NCBI GenBank assembly: GCA_030324005.1
Contig: JARDVH010000099.1
Span: forward strand, 21,728,265 to 21,792,264
Reading direction: 5' to 3'
DNA: 64,000 nucleotides
From: Negaprion brevirostris
Taxonomy: Eukaryota
Under the pieces are notes generated by a model that was given only the letters and a program-made list of their open reading frames with translations, was not told the DNA's origin and searched no databases. A program made the position numbers and the translations under genes. Of the stretch, positions 39,101 to 51,200 are shown in pieces (the first letter of the stretch is position 1; every line of letters begins with the position of its first letter).

Positions 39101-40100
39101 GTAATTGTGTCACTTAATGTTTTAAATGTTATTATTGTAAAATATGACCAAGCTTGTTTACCCAAATGGTGTAACATCAGTAAGATCCAAATGAAACTGG
39201 AAAAGATAAAAAAACAGAAGTGAGTTGGGAATCATTCTGGGAGGAGTAGAGACAGGAATAGGAGCTATTAATGCAATGGATTTGGAAACCACACAAAACA
39301 AATACAAAAGGTGGGATCATTGATAGGAGAAGGATATAGGACGGGATCAAAACTGTCATAAGTAAGTACACCTTAAAAATTGGTACTCAGATAAGATGCA
39401 GTGGAAACAAACAAAGGGAGTGAGCGAAGAGCAGGAAAAGGTTAATGAAAATTCTAATCAAGAACAGAACAACACATTCTGTTGGAGAAAATAAATTGTA
39501 CACAAATTCTTAAGAGCAAAACTAGAAAGATCTGCCTATACTGGCCGAGGATAGGGTGCTTTAACTTTACCAATCCTCAATTGCAAATTGAGCCAGATTT
39601 AAAATACATGAGATGGGATACCTCAGGATGTAATTTTACTATGCAAGTTGTGAATGTTACAAAAGCTCACACATGGTATGCATTCATAATTCTACTTCAC
39701 TTGTTTGGAGTCCTGAGTTTAAAGGAAACTGGATTGATGAGAAAAATAATACTCACAGGGGAAAAGACTGTGTGAAATGGTCTAATTGTATGCTGTGGCC
39801 TGTACATTCTCCTGTATATGAACCATGTAGTTTTAATCACTCTGTAGGAAATTGTTTGTGGACTAGGGTAATATAGGGTATATTAACTCCAGGCCACTGT
39901 TTGTGGTATTGGACAAAATAAGAACAACAAAGAACAATACAGCACGGGAAACAGGCCCTTCGGCCCAACAAGCCCGCACCGCCATTTTAACACCTTTCCT
40001 CTTCCACCCTTGAGCCATGTCTATGCTTATGGCACCCACATTGGAAACCAGATTGAGGGGAGAATAATTTAGGGACAATTTGTTACACCAATCAGCCTAA
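39101..40100 (+). pseudogene. env: ERV env, N-terminal part (basic cleavage site, fusion peptide, Cys-rich ectodomain)
   Basis: VIVSLNVLNVIIVKYDQACLPKWCNISKIQMKLEKIKKQK*, then after a frameshift ELGIILGGVETGIGAINAMDLETTQNK. Later GCNFTMQVVNVT and CVKWSNCMLWP..YEPCSFNHSVGNCLW. A CR1 tail is inserted at ~39920-39985. Confidence 0.7.
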
Positions 40101-40699
40101 GNNNNNNNNNNNNNNNNNNNNNNNNNNNNNNNNNNNNNNNNNNNNNNNNNNNNNNNNNNNNNNNNNNNNNNNNNNNNNNNNNNNNNNNNNNNNNNNNNNN
40201 NTGGTTTACGAAATAGTGTTACTCTTTCAGACAGTCGGTGCAGACATGATAGGCTGAATGGCCTCCTTCTGCACTGTAGGGATCCTATGTGCTGCTTTTC
40301 TCCAATACTGTGAAAATGGGAATAGAACCACATTGCTGCACAGTTTTGGAAGGAGTGGGGTGTCAGTACCTCAAAAAATATAGCCATGTTGAATCACAGC
40401 ACAATTGTGGTACTGATTGACCCAGTTCGCAAACTGTATCTTCTCTCAATTGATTGGGCTGGAAACCCAAATGGAAAATATGGCTCTGATCGTAAGAATA
40501 TAGAAGGGACGTCTGATTGAGAATTCTAAAATTCTAGAAGGGTTTGATAGGGTCATGCTTAGAGAACATGACTGGAATTCTACTGCCTTGCCCATCACGA
40601 AATCGTTGTGGGTGGCGGGCGTACAATGGAAATGTCCGTTGACCTCAGGCGGGATTTGTCAGTCTCACTAAACAAGGCAGTAAAATCCCATCCAATATT

Positions 40700-41010
40700 T
40701 CCACTTTAGATAAGGCAAGCAGTTGGAAGCTTCTTCCCAGGGCAGAAATGGCAATCACAAGGGGGCCCAAGTTCAAGGTAAAGGGGGAAAGGTTCAGTGG
40801 AGTTGTGCAGGGGAAGGTTTTTACACAGAGGGTGTTGGTGACCTGGAATGCACTGCCAAGTGAGATGGTTGAGGCAGGTACGTTAGCCACATTTAAGACT
40901 GATCTGGATAGGCACATGAACAGGCAGGGTATAGAGGGATACAGGCAGTTGGCCTAAATAGGACAACATGATCGGTGCAGGCTTGGTAGGCCATACAGCC
41001 TGTTCCTGAG
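40700..41010 (+). mobile_element. CR1 3' end
   Basis: TRGPKFKVKGERF...VFTQRVLVTWNALPSEMVEAGTLATFKTDLDRHM. Confidence 0.88.
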
Positions 41011-43036
41011 GGCAAATCAAAACCAGGAGCCATCAGCATTAAGGTAGTTACTAATAAACGCAATTTTTAGGAGAAACCGCTTCATCAAACTCACTACCAC
41101 AAGGAGTTGCGGGGATGAATATTATAAGTGCATTGAAGGATAAAATTGATAAGTAAATGAGGGGGACAGATATAGCAGCATATACTGATAGGGCATAATA
41201 AGACTCAAGAGGAAGAGGTTTGAGTGGAGCATGAACACCAGCAAGAACTAATTGGGCTGAATGACGGAGTCCTGTGTTGTGAATTCTATGCAAGAAAACT
41301 TTCATCCATCCATGGGATGTATCAAGGAATGTCATCAAAGGTATTTACTCATGGCATGCAGGCACTGCTGGCAAGGTCAAATTTATTGCCCTGAGAAGGT
41401 GGCAGTGAGTTGCCTCCTGGACCCACTGCAGCTCATCTCTTATCACTGTACGTACACTCACAATGCTGTTAGGAAGGGATTTAGAGCCAACAATGATAAA
41501 GAAATGGCAACATATTTCCATGCCAGTACAGTGCGTGTCACGGAGGAGAATTCTGGTGAGGAACCATCACTCTCTTTGGCATTCGTAAATGGGTATTGGT
41601 TGGAGAGTGAGTTGTACTCATGGGGTCCCTGCCTCAATTTGATCGGCAGTTACCTATCCCCACTCTGCCTGCACTCTCTAAATTTGTGGCGTAACCACCT
41701 CAAGATGTATGCGACCAGTGTAGTTTTAATTAAGCACAGCTCTATGTAACCTGTGTTGTAGTTTGTAACACAGAAAATTCACTGCTTAGTATTTTCCCAC
41801 GCCAATTTTCTTTCCCTTGTCGTTGGAGGCTTCCTGTTGGGATAAAGTTTCACAGAAACCAGGTGTTCTCCAGTAACTTTCACTTCTATTCCTCTCTCAT
41901 TTACAGACATGTGAAACAGACAAAGTAATGTGCTTATGTCTGTTTCCATCGCTGTTTTTTTCCTGGAACAGGTCGCTAGCTTATCTTCAGAGATTATAGC
42001 TTGAGGAGTAACCTAACTGACTAGGAAACTGTCCTGCTCACCATCTTTTACCACCATCAGGTGAATCAGAAGGCATCTTGCAAGTTGCTAATCGACCTGT
42101 TAAGCAGCATTATGAATATGCTTTCCTTGACAATCGCATCCTAGAGTGAGACTTGAACCTGGAGTTTTCTGGCTCAAAAGCAGGGACACTATTATTGTGC
42201 CACAGGGTCTCCAATCTCTTTAACAAGTGGCTAATATTCATTCATCTCTGCATGCATATAAAGTCCATTAGGTAGATTATGAGCTTGTGTGATAGTGCAG
42301 ATGACAGTGAGCCAACATTTTGCACCTTGCTATTTTTATTTTTACTCAATGATTGGGAGAGGTATTTGACATTGCCCCATAAAGCGTCCAGGAATACATT
42401 CTTTAATCTGATATCTGCAAACTTTCACTTCAATGTTAGTAAAATCTGTCCTGCTTTGGAATGTGATTCCTTTCCCATTGTTTTCAAGGAGAGATTAGCA
42501 TTCACATTGTAAGAGTTTTGTTGGAGATTTGCATTATGAGCTGATATCCGCAATGAACTGGGCTGACGTTGTCCAAATCCAAATTACAAGGGGCCCTGTT
42601 CCAGCTACCAGCAGAACTAGACATGCATTCCATTGGTCTAGACTGGATTTGAACTCAGAACCAAGTGGTTAAAAGACAATTTTCTAACTGTGGTGTCATC
42701 TGGATCCCACAGTCAGATATCTCAATCACTGGAAGCTAACTGTCCATCCCTAATTGACCCTGAACTGAGTGGCTTACTAGACTATTTTAGAGGGCTGTTA
42801 AGAGTCCACCACATTGCTGTGGTTTTGGAATCACATGTAAGCCAGGCCAGGTAAGGACAGCAGATTTCCTTCCCTAAAGGACATTAGTGAACCAGATGGG
42901 TTTATACAGCAATGGATAATGATAACTCCATGCGCCCACTACTACAGTAAGATTACCACTCACTTTTTACTCTTCCACACTGGAGATCTGCATTTCTGCC
43001 CAAGTCCTCCAATCCCAGAAAAACAGAGCAAACCTT

Positions 43037-43360
43037 CATAGAATCATAGAAAACCTACAGTTCAGAAGGAGTCCACTTGGCCCATTGAGCCGGCACCAAC
43101 GCCAATCCCACCCAGGCCCTCTCTTCATAATCCTACCCGACTAATTCCCCATGACACTAAGGGGCAATTTTGCCATGGCCAATCCATCTAATCTGCACAT
43201 CTTTGGAGTATAGGAGGAAACCAGAGCACCCAGAGGAAACCCACATGGACACTAGAAAAACGTGCAAACTCCACACAGACAGCGACCCGAGGCCGGAATC
43301 GAACCCGTGTCCTCGCACTGTGAGGCAGCAGTACTAACCACTTTGCCACCATGCTGCCCC
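43037..43360 (-). mobile_element. HE1-like tRNA-derived SINE
   Basis: Close to 2069-2382, with a good B-box (GGGTTCGATTCC on the minus strand). Confidence 0.88.
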
Positions 43361-43575
43361 CACAACCTAACTTCCATCCTGATGACGATGGATCATTAAG
43401 GGGAGGCACGTCATACCTCCTTTTCACAGCACTGTATTCTGTTAAGTCTTCACTCACACACTGAAAAACTGGGACATTTAAAAATTTGAACCCACGTCCT
43501 ACCACGTTATCTCAGGTCTCTGGAGTACGAGTCCAATCACATTGCCATTGCACCGCCATCTCCCCCAGATATAGT

Positions 43576-43889
43576 TTAAATAAAACTTATTTATTAGTGT
43601 TACAAGAAGGCTTATATTAACACTTCAATGTAGTTACTGTGAAAATCCCCTAGTCACCACACTTCCAGTGCCTGTTCAAGTACACTGAGGGAGAATTTAG
43701 CATGGCAAATGCACCTAACCAGCACGTCTTTTGGACTGTGAGAGGAAACTGGAGTACCCAGGGCAAACCCAGACAGACATGTGGGAGAACATGCAAACTC
43801 CACACAGACAGTTAGCCAAGTCGGGAACCAAACCTGAATCCCTGGCGCTGTGAGGCAGCAGTGCTAGTCACTGTGCCACTGTGCTGCCC
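43576..43889 (-). mobile_element. HE1-like SINE, alternative-tail subfamily
   Basis: Same head and core, with a tail ending CACTAATAAATAAG. Matches 58454-58738. Confidence 0.85.
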
Positions 43890-44629
43890 AGAGGGTTATA
43901 GATAGGATCTGAAAACACAAGAGGCAGCCATTTGACCCATCGTGGCTGTGGTGGCTCTTGGCAGGATTCAGTCCCCCTGGTCTGCTCTTTTCCCTGGGAC
44001 CTGACAATCTTCTCTGCCTCATGAATTTAAACAGGTGGGAAAGAATAGATCCGCGTCACTGAACTTGTTTAAGAGAATTAACTGCCACGACGTGAATACA
44101 CGACCGGACGACTAACTCTAACGCTGACCTTAACCTTAACTATGACCCTGAACATAATCACTGCAGAGTTTATTAAGATGTACACAGCAGTCAATAGGAG
44201 ATGGCCAGGAAATTGTTATTAAAAAACTGGGACATCTAATTTCACAGCTTCGATGGGAACTTGTGGCGTGAGTCAACTGTGCAAGTTTTCCCTGGGAGAC
44301 AATTTCCTGGAGATCTTGATGAACAATACTTCACGCAACTCCAAACGTATTTTGTGAAACCTGTAGTGGATATACAATTATCCTTTAAAAGAATCTTGCA
44401 GACAAGAAATAAATCATCATGTAGACCACCATCTGTAACATTTTCTTTCTGGGGGTCACAGGTTAATGTGGCGTAAGCTGACACGTTTGACTAAAATAAC
44501 AGCCTTATTCTTTAAGCCGCTGATAATAAAACTCCTTTGGCCATGACAGCAGCTTGACTGTATCCTGTATTTATGGAAATCAGATGTGATTTAAACTCAG
44601 AGCATTACAATAAGTTCCCTCTTGACTCC

Positions 44630-45080
44630 GGCACAGAGTGAAATTCTGTGAAATCGTGTTATATAGAATAGATTGGGATGGGACAAAGAAGCCTTTTATG
44701 ATCAAGCTTGCCAGCTTGTTGGGTGGAGGAATGTCGAGCTCTATCACCAAGTGGCTCAGATTGAAATGTTACCACTGATGATTAACCTAGAAAGACTGCA
44801 GACATTTCTCAAGAACAATGCAAAGATCAATGAAGCCTTGCAACAATGAGGAAAACAATTAAGTAAAGCCAGAGCTATAATCATCTACCCAGAAAATGAA
44901 TTTGTACACTTGTCTGACCAAATACCCTCGCTGACGGTGCATCAATGGTGGGGCATTTTTAAGGAATGGTCCCCAAAGGCCTCCGCTGTATTATCCTTGC
45001 TTGTACATCTTATTACTATAATAATAATAATAACTGGATTATTGCCAACTTTTATCTTAACTTCATGGTGTATGGTATAA
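44630..45080 (+). pseudogene. env: ERV env, C-terminal part (heptad region, membrane-proximal WW, TM anchor)
   Basis: One frame reads VELYHQVAQIEMLPLMINLERLQTFLKNNAKINEALQQ*GKQLSKARAIIIYPENEFVHLSDQIPSLTVHQWWGIFKEWSPKASAVLSLLVHLITIIIIITGLLPTFILTSWCMV*, directly upstream of the PPT and 3' LTR. Confidence 0.8.
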
Positions 45081-45186
45081 AGTTCAATGCCTCGTAAACT
45101 CAGTAATGACATTAAGTAGTATTTTTAGGGCTAGAGCAAGAATGCTATTAAGGGACTAAACAAGTAAAGTTGTGCTTTTAATACAC

Positions 45187-45197
45187 AAAAGGAGGGA
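45187..45197 (+). promoter_or_regulatory. ERV polypurine tract
   Basis: AAAAGGAGGGA immediately before the 3' LTR. Confidence 0.8.
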
Positions 45198-45198
45198 C

Positions 45199-45697
45199 CA
45201 AGAAAGTATAATATAAATAAAGGGCAAACTCAGAAAATATGGGTTGGCATGTCTTGACAGAGGTTAGAGAGGAGAGCATGACTCAAATAAAATGAATGCA
45301 TACAAAGAATGGAATGCTCTAGGAAAAAAAAGCTACAACTACATTAATAATTTAATTATGGGTGTAATTGTATTCTGGTAAAGACCTATTGAATAAACAA
45401 GGTAGGAAATCCATTGTATTGTGGAATGTGATTAGTTAAACCTGCATTGAATTGAATATATTTGTCTAATTAGATCTATATAAAAGACAGTTGATGTGAT
45501 TAGATCTGTACAGGCTTGAATATATTCCGTTTAAAAAAATGGCTGTAACAGGACGACTTTGAACAGGATCTACTTAAAGTTGTCCTGAGTAGATCCTTCT
45601 GATCACTCCCAATGGCCATTGTAAGCACAAAGTAAAATAATATTAGATTATGTAGATTTGCCATGGTGTAGGTTGTCCTTTAAAATTTTTTAAAACA
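45199..45697 (+). repeat. ERV 3' LTR
   Basis: Colinear with 34496-34953. Ends ...TTTAAAACA followed by CTAT. Confidence 0.92.
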
Positions 45698-46173
45698 CTA
45701 TTCTACACATGAGATTGAGACAGAATTAATTCCAAGAGAAGAAGTGTTCACTGAAGTTCCAAATCACACTTCTAGGATTAAGGACACTCAAATTCTAGAA
45801 GGTCGTAAACAAGCAAAGAGGAATAGATGACCTCCTGATCGACTTTCTTATTGATGATAAATTATGCATAGTACTGTGTCTAGAACCTGGGATCTATTAG
45901 TAATTGTAATCATTTGTTGTCACGACCACAGAAGTAAAGAGAGAGGGATGTCATATATTTAACAGGTTGTACGACTGCTTTAAGAGCTGATTAAATGTCA
46001 GAGGTGATGTCATAGGGTTTTTCAGAGGCTCCTGCTTTTAGTTTCAGTTTGTTCTTTGTACAGTAAGGGCTCCTAGAGTAAATCTGTTGTGTGTTACTTC
46101 GAATCAATGCGTGCAAACCACATCTTTTCTTTATGTTAAAACCTACAACCCCTAACATAATTAGAACATAACA
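45698..46173 (+). mobile_element. Gypsy element resumes: pol C-terminus, PPT and 3' LTR (45949-46173)
   Basis: GRKQAKRNR*PPDRLSY* is the typical R..R.R.PPxRL end of Mag-like pol. PPT AAAGAGAGAGGGA, and a 225-bp LTR TGTCAT...ATAACA. Confidence 0.8.
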
Positions 46174-46690
46174 TTTCTCAATTTCTCAGGATAGGCCATC
46201 AATGAATATTCACAATGAGCCCATTGACTCCCATAATTATTTCAAGTGTCCTTCCTCAGACACCATTCCATGCAAAAACTCCATTCCATTCTCTCTATGG
46301 TTTTGTTTTCCTCAACTGAGGATTTCTCTAACCGACTGTGGCTCACAGGCTCTTAACTGGGTTCATCCCAGTTTCTGCACTTCTACACTCACTCCTTCCC
46401 CTCATTCCCACTTTCTCTTCACCTTCCAACCTCCAGCCTCTGTATCCAAAGGATCATTCTCCACCACTTCTGCAATCTTCAGTATGAAATCACCACCGAA
46501 CATATCTTCCCCTTCCCTCTCAGCATTCTGAAGGGACTATTCTCTCTGCAACATCCTGGTTCAGTCCTTAACATCTCCGCTTCCCTTGGCACTTTCCCAC
46601 ATAAGCTCAGGGGATGCATCACCTGTTCTTTTACCTCTTCCTGTCTCACTCTGTCTTCAGCCCCAGCCACTCCTTTCTCATGCCTGTGTT
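46174..46690 (+). mobile_element. Decayed Penelope RT C-terminal fragment
   Basis: MNIHNEPIDSHNYFKCPSSDTIPCKNSIPFS corresponds to T.I.YKPTDSH.YL.Y.SSHP..CK.SIPFSQ. Confidence 0.7.
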
Positions 46691-47299
46691 TGTTGAACAA
46701 TATTAATATATATTCCTCTTAAATCTGTTTGGATATGGTCAGAATGAATTTGAATTCTAGCATTACTAATAGTTTGTTAGACACTTTCCATTTTCTACTC
46801 TTTATCTGATAATAATCATGGTAATCCAATTAACATTTCTTGTAACTTATTTTTCATTGCCTCAAAGTTCAGTTTTTTAAGGTTCAATGTTTTGTGTCAC
46901 TGTCACATCTGCATACCCACAAACATTTCAGTTCATAAATGCTTCCTAACTTAAATTTATATACTGAACCAAAGTATTCCAAACAATTGTATCCAAAATA
47001 GCCACAGATTATGTTGGCTATTCAACAACTGATCAAAGAAGAATCAGCATAAGAGTGGTAAAATTCAGAGTAAGGCTATCACTGTCATAACAGCTAATTT
47101 TTAGAAAGTATTGATGCATGCCAAATTATATTAAGTTTGTCTTTCATTCACAATAGATGCTAAAAGGTTATGTTTCTTTCAGAGAAAAAAAAAGAGAAAT
47201 AATGCAGCAAAGTAAAAATATCAGTAAGGAGGTTAAATTGGGAAAGATCTGAAAACGTGGATAGCAGTACATGAGTTACCCTCATCAGTGCATTGCAAT

Positions 47300-47697
47300 G
47301 AGAGGTGATCTCATTGAAATACATAGGATTCTTAAGGGGCTTAAAAGTAAATGCTGACAGGATGTTTCCCCTCATGGGAGAGTCTAGGACCATAGAGCAT
47401 AATCTCAGAATAAAGAGATGCCAATTTAAGACTGAGATGAGGAGGAAATTCTTCTCTCAGAGGGTTGTGAGTCCTTGGAGCTCCTCACCACCGAGAGAAG
47501 TGGGGGCAGAGTTACTGTGTATATTTAAGGCTAAGATAGATGTATTTCTGATGAGTAAGGAAAGCAAGGGTTCCAGGGAAAGGGCAAAAAAATTGATTTA
47601 AGGAATGTCAAATCAGTCATGATCCTATTGAATGATAGCGGAGCAGACTTAAGGGGGCAAATGGCTACTCCTATTCCTATTTCTTATGATCTTATGA
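47300..47697 (+). mobile_element. CR1 3' end
   Basis: RMFPLMGESRT..HNLRIK...KFFSQRVVSPWSSSP, with a (TCTTATGA) tail. Confidence 0.88.
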
Positions 47698-47719
47698 ACA
47701 CATTTTGATCAATGCTTGG

Positions 47720-48235
47720 ATAATGAGCATTCACCTGCATAGAGTGCTACCTGTCGTCACACATCAGCTGCACATTGAGGAAATGGGACCCCTTCTGGCT
47801 CAAAGAAATGGCATGAGGTGTACACAAGGCAATGTAGTTATAATCAGTGCGACCCTACACCATGAGGAAACCTGCAATCCATGCAAACCCATGTGCTTGC
47901 TCCACCTGATGTCCCTGGCAAAGTGAAGGGATGAGATGAAACTGTCTCTCTGGACATGGAAAGCCTAAGTGAACTTTCTTATGCGATAGTGTACTGTAGA
48001 GTGTGAAATATAGCTTGTATTTCCAGCAGTTTGGAAAGGCAGACATAGCTAATGTTGCTCTTGATTTGAGCTTGCAATTGTAGCTGTAGCAGTTGCCAGA
48101 TTTCAGTCGTTTGGCAAGGAGGGGTTTTTCAAGTATTGATCCTGCCTGACATTGAGGCAAAGGAATTGCTCCTTAATGACCACTGACAGATACACTATCG
48201 CTTAGGGTACTTCTCCTTCATCTTCCATCAGTTGG
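47720..48235 (-). mobile_element. Old RTE-like LINE fragment
   Basis: Weak remnants on the minus strand (CQAGSILEKPL, K.KL(Y).TL); heavily decayed. Confidence 0.35.
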
Positions 48236-51200
48236 TCTTACTCTGTATGACCTGTCCTCATCTCATTCTCAGTTCCAAAATGAAAGAAGCAGGCCACCAA
48301 ATTCTGAAAGCAAATTGTTCCAACATATGCTTTTAAATGAGCAGAAAATCCTTCAAAGTCAGCTAGCCTGAAGACTTTACAGCTTTTGAAAAGCTCTAGA
48401 AATGTATATAATTGCACCAGCAGCCAGGAAAAATAATCCAGAATCTGTAAATACTTCATGATCACTTTAAGTAGCACTGGTCGTGGAAACTGGTGCATGA
48501 GAGAAGAGGTTTGGGTTTGGGCTCCCTATGACATTTAATATTGTGTCCCACAACGTGAAGACAAGACAGGATATAGGCTTGAGAATGTTGTGAGAAAAAA
48601 GCAATATTTGCATCAACACAGCATGTACTTGCTTTGTATGTCATTCATAGTTTGTAGATGTACACGTGCAAACCCCATTACCAACATTTCTGCCATTTAT
48701 GACCATTAGGAAGCTGCATCACACCTAAAAAATAGGGCCACAGAACCCAATGCAATGTCCAAAATCTTTACAGACATTATGAATATACTGTGTTGTAGTT
48801 AAAGTAGTAAAGGAAAATATTTTTAAAAGCAAAATGAGCACTTCTTAATCTTAGTGAGAAAGCGATCTGACATAGAACAGCAGATTTTAGTTCCAATGCA
48901 TTTTGTTTAATAATTTCTTCCAAAACTCTCCATGGTGGCGTGAATAGTTGATCAGTTTTGGATAGCTAATCAGTACTAAGATGTCATTGATATTGCAATA
49001 ATTAATTTCTACCATTGACATCAAGGCCCTGCATAACAAGCACGTAGGGAAGTAGAGGGAGGCAGGATGAGAATTAGCCAAAATTCCCTTAATTGTTATG
49101 AGTGATTTCTGTTGTAAATCCTCCATGTGGACGGCAGATGAAGACAGTATAGAATTCAATTTGCTGATACTGTTAGACTTAGTAGAAACTAATTTGAAAG
49201 AGACATTTATATTGTTTCCAACAAGCCTTTTGAACATCATAAAATATTCAGCATTTAAAAAAAAATTACAAATTCCAAACCCAAACACTGAATTGTAAAC
49301 AGTTACTGAGCTAATCCTGTGCATCTGCTTGTTCATGCTATGATGCAAATTCCTTTCCTGCAAGCACCCTGATATAGCGCTCAGAACAATTAAATGGTCA
49401 TCATGGGAGATTGGAGTTCAGAGGCAAATTAAGAACACCATGCAAAGAGCTATATTGTCATCAGCTTAAATCAAGAAAATTTGTATCTTTTACAGTTGTT
49501 ATGTGTACTAGCAAAACAGGTAAAAATGAACTGCAGAGTAATAAACAATACAATAAAATGTAGTCTGTGACTTTAAAATGCTACTAANNNNNNNNNNNNN
49601 NNNNNNNNNNNNCTGTGGACGTCACACATGAAGCTGGAAATGTTTCTGACTTTAACTGTTCCACTTAATTGAATGTTTACTCAGTTGAACTACTGTATTG
49701 TTTTAATAACAAGAACCTGCATTTATATAGCAACATTAACATTCAGAAACAATTGACAGAGGTACGATGAAAGTCAAAGAAGCATTTAGCAAGACATAAA
49801 AGTCTAAAAACATTTTGAAGATAAATTTTAAGGGGAGCCTTGAAATAGAGGTTAAGCAGCAGAAAAGTTTAGGAAGGAAATTCCAGAACATGAAATTTTC
49901 TTGGCTGAAAGTCTCAGTGGTGAATGAGAAATGCATAACAGACTGGAACCAGCAATGGAGAATTAGGGCTTATAGGTCTGAAGGAATTGCGGGAAGATGG
50001 GAGAGGTTGGGGATGGGGTGCAAACAGAATGGTCGTGGAGCAATTTAATCTACCCCACTCAACTGTGTTCAATTTTTATGTAATTGTGGCCACAAGAATC
50101 TCATTCAAAATTTAGTGCAGGCCAAGCAGTGACCAAATGATCATGCTGAAATGGCATTCTGCATAAAGATCCAATAAACTGGAAAAGTATGCTCAAAAAG
50201 CAATGGACCTGAAGGTAACTAACAGTGGACTCAAATTTTTCAACCTCTGTGGTAAGAATATTTGTCCACCACGTACACACAAAACAGATCCCAATACAGG
50301 TTTTGAGTTCACACATATAATCTTTTTTGTTAAATGGACAAGACCCAGTAAGCAGTTACATTTATGCAAAATAATATGGTACTTTTGCAGGTTAGATAAT
50401 AAAAGATTTTTATACATAACTAACATAATACATATCCATTCAAATATTATTTGACTATAGTGTTTTTCATTTCCAGCTACTTGTCACGATCTGTAACAAT
50501 AATATGATGGATACCTGTTTGTGGCAATATTTCTTTTCTTACATCATGCTCAATTTGGAAGTGGGGACAAATTTAATGTTGACAGANNNNNNNNNNTTCG
50601 AAAACCCCTTTATATTTGTATAATATTGTTTATACACAGAGATGTTATGAATATCAATACTGTCTTCTTTAACTCTTTCTTTTTCTGCCCATCGGTAACG
50701 GGAGCAAGGCACGATTTCGCCAACTACCGATGCATCGGAAAGTAAACACACTTCTATAAGTTTTAGCTATCAAAAAGATTTGGCTAATTTGATTAAAGTA
50801 GTAGCAAGAAATGTTTTCTTTCTTTGAAGGACAGCCCTATCTCAGTTTTTGGGGACCTCTGTAATGTAATTGTACAGGTGTGAATAGCGCCAGTGTTCAC
50901 AAACTGTTGTCAAAGGTATTTTTAACATTAATGCTGCAACTTTATTGGAAAATACAAGGAAACACTTCTGTTGTCTATGCTTCAGACCTAGGTAGTCCTA
51001 CATTCTGGGAACAAAGCAGCAAAAGTGGATGTTATCCTGTTATGCTACAGCTCTGTTCTTTTGCATTTCATAAATGCTGACAGGTTATCCCCAGACCATG
51101 AGCAGATTGTGGCAACTGAACAGACAACAGCACTTAAAACAAATGTAAAGGCAAATGAATTATGCAAGAATGCCTTCTGGGTCTCAAATAACACAGTGTC

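Larger units (their letters stand above)
34496..45697 (+). mobile_element. Endogenous retrovirus (epsilon-like/ERV1), LTR-to-LTR decayed provirus with internal deletions
   Basis: Paired LTRs, PBS, PPT, gag-pol-env order, and flanking CTAC/CTAT 4-bp TSD. Confidence 0.92.

Noticed and set aside
48887-49363. 158-aa minus-strand ORF
   Set aside because: AT-rich, non-ATG start, and no motif or splice support.
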